From Amoebidium appalachense (taxonomy: Eukaryota > Protista > Ichthyosporea), in NCBI GenBank assembly GCA_963693365.1, contig CAVNZM010000017.1:6753034-6817033 (forward strand): a stretch of 64,000 bases of DNA, given 5' to 3'. Below, piece after piece: positions 57,898 through 64,000 of the stretch (positions are counted from its first letter, which is position 1; every line of letters starts with the position of its first letter). The position numbers and the translations under genes were made by a program. The notes beneath the pieces are model-generated. The model made no database searches. It saw nothing but the letters and a program-made list of their open reading frames with translations, and was not told the origin of the DNA.

Positions 57898-59046
57898 ATG
57901 GCGTCTCAGGATGCATCCTTGTCCCCGGACCCTCCTGGGACACCGCCTGGGAGCCGCAAACGTGATACACGGGAAGGAGAATCCCCAGATAAGAGGCTAA
58001 CTAAACTGAGCCGAGCGGAACAGGTTCCCTTTCCCGAGGTTAAAGCGCCACCGGCCGTGCCGCCAGCAAGTAGTTTTATTACGAAAGAACAACTGCACTT
58101 GATACCCGAGAAGGCTAGGAAATCCGTGCTCAAACTTATGGCGCATCATGAGCAGCTCCGCACCCAAGTCTCCGACTTAACAACCCAAGTAGCTGAGTAT
58201 AAAGCCAAACAGGACCACACAGACCTCTTTGTTCAGCAAATGGAGACGCGCTTACGGCAGCTGGATCCTGACCGGGCAACCCCCACCGGCCCTGCCCACG
58301 CGGGCGCGGCCCCTGCAGCACAGGCAGCCCCTGATGGGTTACCCACCCCCCCGGGGTCTCCCAAGTTCATACCCACAACGAATCCTAAGGTGTACCGCAC
58401 TACGGTGGACGCCAAGACCGTGTACGTGTCCGAGAAAGTCAAAACGTATGCCGAGTCGGTGGCCCAGACCCACGGGGCTACCCAGGCTTTGGCAGCCCTT
58501 GCCGCAGCGTCAGCACTGCACCCAACCCGCCGCCCTCGGGTGGCGTCTGACCCTGCCCCTCAGGGTACCGACGAGTCCGAGTTGACCACTGCAGCCTTCA
58601 CCATGGTGCCGGCCAACATCAGCACCATGCGTGACCGTCTTTACACCCTCGGTGTCCTCAACCAAATGATTTCCAACATGCTCTTCATTGGCCGTCGCTA
58701 CACAGTGTTCATTGTGCGTGCCGGCTACCGTGATACCCTCATAAACATCATCATCCAACGTGCTACCGACGCCACCTTTCTCGCAGACTTCGATCCTACG
58801 GCTCCCTACAACACCACACTTAACCGTGCTGATGCAGAGGCCGCTGCCCGGGCCTCTTGGCAACGCCGGGTGCTTGCAAGAATGGCCAACGCCCACGCAT
58901 GGGCTGTCAAGGCAGCCACACTTTACCCGGCACACGACAGCCGGGCCAAAACAGCAGCTGAGGTGCGTGCCTACTGGGAGGCTCAGCACGTGCAGGTCTT
59001 CAGCAAGCCCTACGACCCCACCGCCGCACCAGCCAACTCCCAGTAA
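57898..59046 (+). CDS. LINE ORF1 (gag-like) protein, 382 aa, intact
   Basis: Long intronless ORF directly upstream of the endonuclease ORF. It has a heptad coiled-coil-like segment (HEQLRTQVSDLTTQVAEYKAK..METRLRQL), a Pro/Ala linker and a globular C-terminal part. No CCHC knuckle. Confidence 0.75.
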   Translation: MASQDASLSPDPPGTPPGSRKRDTREGESPDKRLTKLSRAEQVPFPEVKAPPAVPPASSFITKEQLHLIPEKARKSVLKLMAHHEQLRTQVSDLTTQVAEYKAKQDHTDLFVQQMETRLRQLDPDRATPTGPAHAGAAPAAQAAPDGLPTPPGSPKFIPTTNPKVYRTTVDAKTVYVSEKVKTYAESVAQTHGATQALAALAAASALHPTRRPRVASDPAPQGTDESELTTAAFTMVPANISTMRDRLYTLGVLNQMISNMLFIGRRYTVFIVRAGYRDTLINIIIQRATDATFLADFDPTAPYNTTLNRADAEAAARASWQRRVLARMANAHAWAVKAATLYPAHDSRAKTAAEVRAYWEAQHVQVFSKPYDPTAAPANSQ

Positions 59047-59048
59047 GC

Positions 59049-59540
59049 ATGCTCTCCTTTCTTTTCTGGAATGCTCGTAGTCTAAATAAGAGTAAAGCAC
59101 AGTTTCTTCTTTCGTTACCCCAACAGGAGTTCCCGTTTATTGTTGTCGCAGAAACGTGGTGGCGAGACCACGCCACACTTCGTCGGTCTGGACGGCTCGT
59201 GGGCGAGTCTACTCAGCCTGTGGGCCACAAGCCTCACTCCGGCATAGTGTTCATCGCCGCCTACCACTTTGTTAACCACTGTTCAGTTATAGCACGTACA
59301 ATACACACACACACCATCTCAGTTTATGGCCATATATGCACTTTTGTAATATTTTCCACCTAGCCTTCCACTGCTAGCACTTAAACACGAACTTAACACC
59401 ATCGCCCCACATAACCCCACACTAGTGTTAGGAGACTTTAATAGCCCGCTAATTACCACCCCACACCCCCTACACGGCCACCCACAGGCCCTATTTAACC
59501 CCAACAACCCACGCACGCCAACCTTCATCAGCAAACATCA
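59049..59540 (+). pseudogene. LINE ORF2 apurinic-like endonuclease (EEP fold) fragment, frameshifted and truncated
   Basis: APE motifs FWNARSL, IVVAETW and SGIVF are present. After a +1 frameshift near 59348 the frame continues YFPPS..TLVLGDFNS..TPTF. The downstream IDY/SDH motifs and the RT domain are missing. Confidence 0.85.
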
Positions 59541-60295
59541 CCCCGAGCTTTTTTGGGTAACATTGTCATCTTTTTATAACATTTTGGGTACCAATGTCGT
59601 ACGAGGGTATACAATGTTACCAGTGTACAAACCCTAAATACAGATTGCTAACATCGTGTTACAATTGTGTGTAACAGTATGGCAGTGGTATCACTCTGTA
59701 TAACACACCGTTACCAGCATGTCACACAGAATGATATCACAGTTTTACACGGTCTGGTAACCATAATATATACAGTGTTACAAACGTGGTATCTTTAATG
59801 CATACATGATTGTACAACGTTGGTACACAATGACACCGTAATGGTACATATTGGTATAACTGTTTGATATACCGGGGTAACCATTATATACCATTACGGT
59901 AACACCATCAATACCACGCCGGACACCGAACGGATACATTTGTTGACATTGTGTTGCCATAAATTTAACTTTATTTTACATAGTGGTGACGCATTCGTAC
60001 CAATATGCCAAATTCCTGTATACCACGGGATAACACAGGAGTCGCCAATGCTATACAAAGAGTTATACTTCAGGTAACTAAAATCTACAATTCATGTACC
60101 AAAGGTGAACCCAGGTATACCACGAGAACGACACATGTTTACCATTTATACATTACAAATAACATTAAAACGACATTACGATACCATTTGTATACGTTGA
60201 CATGGCCCGTTTAGTAACAAATGGGTGGTATTCGGTATATACATTTTACTTTTATGTTAACCATACCGTACCATATTGTTATCAATTTGTATACC
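59540..60295. repeat. Degenerate array of short interspersed palindromic motifs (GTAAC/GTTAC, GGTATAC/GTATACC, TACCA/TGGTA); likely a non-autonomous DNA transposon or foldback relic that interrupts the LINE
   Basis: Composition changes abruptly at ~59540. Short motifs recur in both orientations about every 10-20 bp, and there is no credible ORF. Confidence 0.5.
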
Positions 60296-60648
60296 CCCCC
60301 CCCCCCCCCCCCCCCCTCCCCTCCAGTTCTGCAGACAGACACGAAGATGATGATCACTTTTTCTTTTTACTAAGTACTTGTGGCATCAAGCACACAAATA
60401 AACAACACAACTAATATACCACCCCAGGTGGCATCCTACAGCACACAAGTTAACAACACAACTAACATACCACCCCAGGTGGCATCCATTCTCTACCATC
60501 TACTTTATCTCACATCTCGTAACAACATTACTCTTATGCAAACAAAAAATACCAAAAAGAATCATGACAAAAAAAGAAAAAAAAAAAGAAGAAAAAAAGA
60601 AAAAAAAAACTACCACACAAGCACAACAGGCTGGGCTGGGGCCGCATT

Positions 60649-61988
60649 TTAAGGCAGCGTCTCCTTCTCACTGATCTGCTGGCCGGGAGGGGTTGCAGTG
60701 GGGGTCGAAGGTTGCTGAGCACGTGGGGCCCCGTCGTCGGCAGGGGGGGGGGGGGGGGGAAGACCTGGGGGGGAGTCTTTCTTCTCCTCCTTTTCTTCTG
60801 TGGCCTTCTTCTCGAGACGGCGGTGAATCTCCTGGTGGTTCGCCAACTCCTGGAGAACAATGCATGTTAGATATGCATAAAGCAACTTGAAAGCGAAAGC
60901 AACTTGAAAGCGTATTCCCCTCCACCCAAAAAGACAAACCATCTAATCTATACAATCAACCAAACTCCTACAACATGTGTAAGTAGATGTGATAAAAAAT
61001 GCTGTGAGTCCTCTCCCATGATAACAACAAAGCTCTTCATTGTGTCTGGTCGTGAGCAACACAGAAACGAAAAACGGAAACAACAGCAGCCATAGGACAA
61101 AGAGCCGGTACCCACCTCTAGAGTGGCAAAAAAAGAGTCGACGGAACCAACCTCAAACATAGTAAGGACGGGAACCCGGACCAGTTGAACTTATGAAGTC
61201 TAGAGAAGCAGAAAGTAGCTTGAACGACTGGTGGAAGGGATGATAGCTATAGTGCTAACAGCAAAAGTAGTGCCCACAGTCGCTGGTTCATGAACGTGAA
61301 AAGGCAACGTGCATCTGCAGCCAGCAGGCACACGCACACGCACGCACGCACACACACATACACACACACGCACACAGACACAGACACAGACACAGACATA
61401 ATCACAGGCACGGACACAGCCTACCAGACAGACAAACGCCACATGCACAAAAGCAGGCAACACAAAACTAACCTTCAAACGGCCTTCCAGCCGTTAGGCG
61501 AAGAAGCTGCAGCATGCAGCATGGTCAAAACCATTCAGCACGGTGGCTGCGCGACCTGCGGAGGGCAAAAAAAGAGTCGACACAACCAACCTCAAACATA
61601 GTAAGGACGGAAACCCGGACCAGAACTTATGAAGTCTAGAGAAGCAGAAAATAGCTTGAACGACTGGTGGAGGGGATGATAGCTATAGTGCTAACAGCAA
61701 AAGTAGTGCCCACAGTCGCTGGTTCAGGAACGTGAAAAGGCAACGTGCATCTGCAGCCAGCAGGCACACGCACACGCACGCGCACACACGCACATACACA
61801 CACACGCACACAGACACAGACACAGACACAGACATAATCACAGGCACGGACACAGACCAGACAGACAAACGCCACATGCACAAAAGCAGGCAACACAAAA
61901 CTAACCTTCAAACGGCCTTTCAGCCGTTAGGCGAAGATGCTGCAGCATGCAGCATGGTCGAAACCATTCAGCACGGTGGCTGCGCGAC
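60649..61988 (-). pseudogene. Degenerate spliced gene fragment of unknown function with tandemly duplicated exons
   Basis: GT-AG-flanked, phase-compatible blocks: 61555-61473 (RAATVLNGFDHAACCSFFA*RLEGRLK), 61199-61116 (TS*VQLVRVPVLTMFEVGSVDSFFATLE), 60849-60649 (ELANHQEIHRRLEKKATEE..LP*). Two in-frame TAA codons. An 81-aa peptide starting MFEVG is also possible. Confidence 0.4.
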
Positions 61989-61998
61989 CTGCGGAGGG
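61126..61998. repeat. Tandem duplication of a ~440-bp unit (61126-61565 and 61566-61998)
   Basis: Both copies start CAAAAAAAGAGTCGAC..CCAACCTCAAACATAGTAAGGACGG and end GCTGCGCGACCTGCGGAGGG. They are near-identical with small indels. Confidence 0.95.
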
Positions 61999-62108
61999 GA
62001 CCTGTGACCAGGCGACCTGCGGGAAGGGAACTGCGACCAGGCGACCTGCGGGAAGGGACCTGCGACCAGGCGACCTGCGGGAAAGGACCTGCGGACCTGC
62101 GGGAAGGG
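61999..62108. repeat. 29-bp minisatellite GACCTGCGACCAGGCGACCTGCGGGAAGG, ~3.5 copies
   Basis: Tandem copies are directly visible. Confidence 0.9.
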
Positions 62109-62750
62109 GGAAGAGAAATGGAGCAAACAACGTGCGTACAGGCTTAAACGGACAAAAAATTGCAAACCGGATTGGGTTTAGCCAATCACTATGGACCACT
62201 TTGGATCTTTGGAACTACTATTCAAAAATCGATCAACTTTTTGCTTCGCTCCAACACCCGAGGTTGGCCGCCATGGGGCCGTCGTTTGTCGGGCTGCCTG
62301 GCAGCGGCTCCAGCTGCCCGACGTAGAAGCTACTTCTGGCAAAGACAAGCCCCTTACGTAACAATATTTGCTTTTTCCTCAAAATGCTACACAGATGCTT
62401 TTTATTATAGATGATAATTTCTATCGTCTTAGTTATTTTGGGGTTTGCAGGCTTGTTGCGTTGGGCGTTTTTCTTAGCCATTCGTGATCATGAGGGCATC
62501 ACACATGCACCGTAGTTAAACATATGCACAAGTACTACGGGTGTTGAACATTTACTGCCTGCATGGTGCGTTTCTGCCAAATACACTCTCTGGGGGTAGA
62601 GTAGGCATGGCGTGTGAACATTATACACACGCATTATACACACTTAGGCGTCTGTATATGCTTGTGTGTGTGTGTGTGTGTGCCCTTGCGTGCACGTGTG
62701 TGTATGCACACGTCTGTGTGTGTATTCTTTGTGTGTGCGTATATGTGTGT

Positions 62751-62860
<110 letters not shown>

Positions 62861-62917
62861 GCAATCCGGTGGGTGGGTGTTTGTTAGAGTATGTGTCGTG
62901 TGTTTGTCTGTGTGTGT

Positions 62918-62965
<48 letters not shown>

Positions 62966-63035
62966 CAGTTTGTGTGTGTTTCAATCCCGTGGGTGGGTGT
63001 TTGTTAGAGTATGTGTCACGTGTTTGTCTGTATGT

Positions 63036-63077
<42 letters not shown>

Positions 63078-63893
63078 ACGCACACGCGTTCAGGTGTGAG
63101 TGTATGTCTCACAGTGTGAGTGTATATCTCACAGTCCTCTTCCTAGCCTTCCCTCCCGGGACCCTTCCCCCCTGTTGCAGGCCAAAGTGTCGTCCAGGCC
63201 AAAGTGTCGTCACCTCTAATTAAAATCCAGGACGTCAAATTTGGCTGGTCTAGGGGGAATATCGGGCAGGCCAAAATGCACCCCCCCCCCCCCCTACTAC
63301 CCTGGGTGACGGGGGGGTCAGAGGGTTTGTGTGTGGTGGGAGAAACACAGTGTGGGCGGGGGGGGGGGGGGGGGGAGGGGGGGTATAAAAAATCATTGTC
63401 TTAACCTTCCCCCCCCCCCCCCCTAGTATCCCGGAAACAGGGAGTGAGTGCAGGGGTGCAGGGGGGTCAGGGTGTGTACTATATGTGGTTGGAGAAACAC
63501 AGCGTGTGCACGGACCTGCACGGTCTGGCCTAGATGGCAAATTTCTCTCCCCCCCCCCCCCCCCCCCTCCCCCCCCCCCCAGGGAAACAGGGTTGCAAAT
63601 ATAAGGTTTACGCTGTATTTTATGGACCAGGTGTGTGTGTATCATTCCACACACACACACACACATCAGTGTAAGCGCATCCAGGCACGACATTATCATA
63701 CTCTTTGACAGTGTATAGACTTAGTGTCCAATCATGCTATTTTATTGTGTGTGTGTGCACTGCACACACACTTCAATGTGTCAAACTAAATCACACCCAG
63801 ACTTGTTGTTGTATCGTGTGTGTGTGCACTGCACACGCACTTCTTAACGTTTTGAAATATACTACACAAACAAACTTATACACACATACACAG

Positions 63894-64000
63894 GGGTTTA
63901 CGCTGTTTACTCGAGGCAAAGAGAACCAGTCTCAGGTATGGGGGGGGGGTTTTGCTCGGAATATCCCCTCAGCGGTATATCATTATCACGTACATAGATG
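63894..64000 (-). repeat. ~130-bp dispersed repeat, copy 2 (runs off the window edge)
   Basis: Its reverse complement CATCTATGTACGTGATAATGATATACCGCTGAGGGGATATTCCGAGCAAAACCCC..ATACCTGAGACTGG..CTTTGCCTCGAGTAAACAGCGTAAACCC matches 31793-31898. Confidence 0.9.

Larger units (their letters stand above)
57775..59540 (+). mobile_element. Non-LTR retrotransposon (LINE), 5' part only: 5' UTR, ORF1 and a broken APE-endonuclease ORF2
   Basis: Two-ORF layout with a TAA-GC-ATG junction (59044-59051). The 5' UTR carries an 18-bp tandem repeat (..CTTAGGCATC.. x3, ~57825-57872). No reverse transcriptase part; the element is cut at ~59540 by an unrelated repeat. Confidence 0.85.

Noticed and set aside
60649-61988. 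Possible TAA stop-codon reassignment suggested by shared in-frame TAAs
   Set aside because: No in-frame TAA occurs in the ~57 reconstructed exons of conserved genes, and LINE ORF1 ends in TAA. Pseudogenisation is the simpler explanation.

Overview
Eukaryotic genomic DNA that is intron-rich and full of microsatellites and homopolymers. The gene content suggests a unicellular holozoan such as an ichthyosporean, but that is inference. Most ORFs in the supplied track are artefacts of (GT)n/(CA)n, (GA)n and poly-G/C tracts. Spliced reading frames were rebuilt by hand (GT-AG ends, phases checked). Genes: (1) an intronless HSF DNA-binding-domain gene (1042-1902, -) ending in a Groucho-type motif, VWRPF; (2) a 12-exon pyruvate dehydrogenase E2/DLAT gene (8103-17465, -); (3) a ~25-exon RGS-C1-DH-PH RhoGEF (23623-41057, -), head-to-head with (4) a ~20-exon Nup85 gene (42157-57270, +). 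There is also a non-LTR retrotransposon with intact ORF1 and a broken APE-type ORF2, a degenerate tandemly duplicated spliced gene fragment, and several dispersed repeats. The most interesting signals are a candidate HSF-family repressor that could recruit Groucho/TLE, and a polarised intron architecture: G/GT-rich 5' ends and poly-C/(CA)n 3' ends in place of U-rich polypyrimidine tracts.
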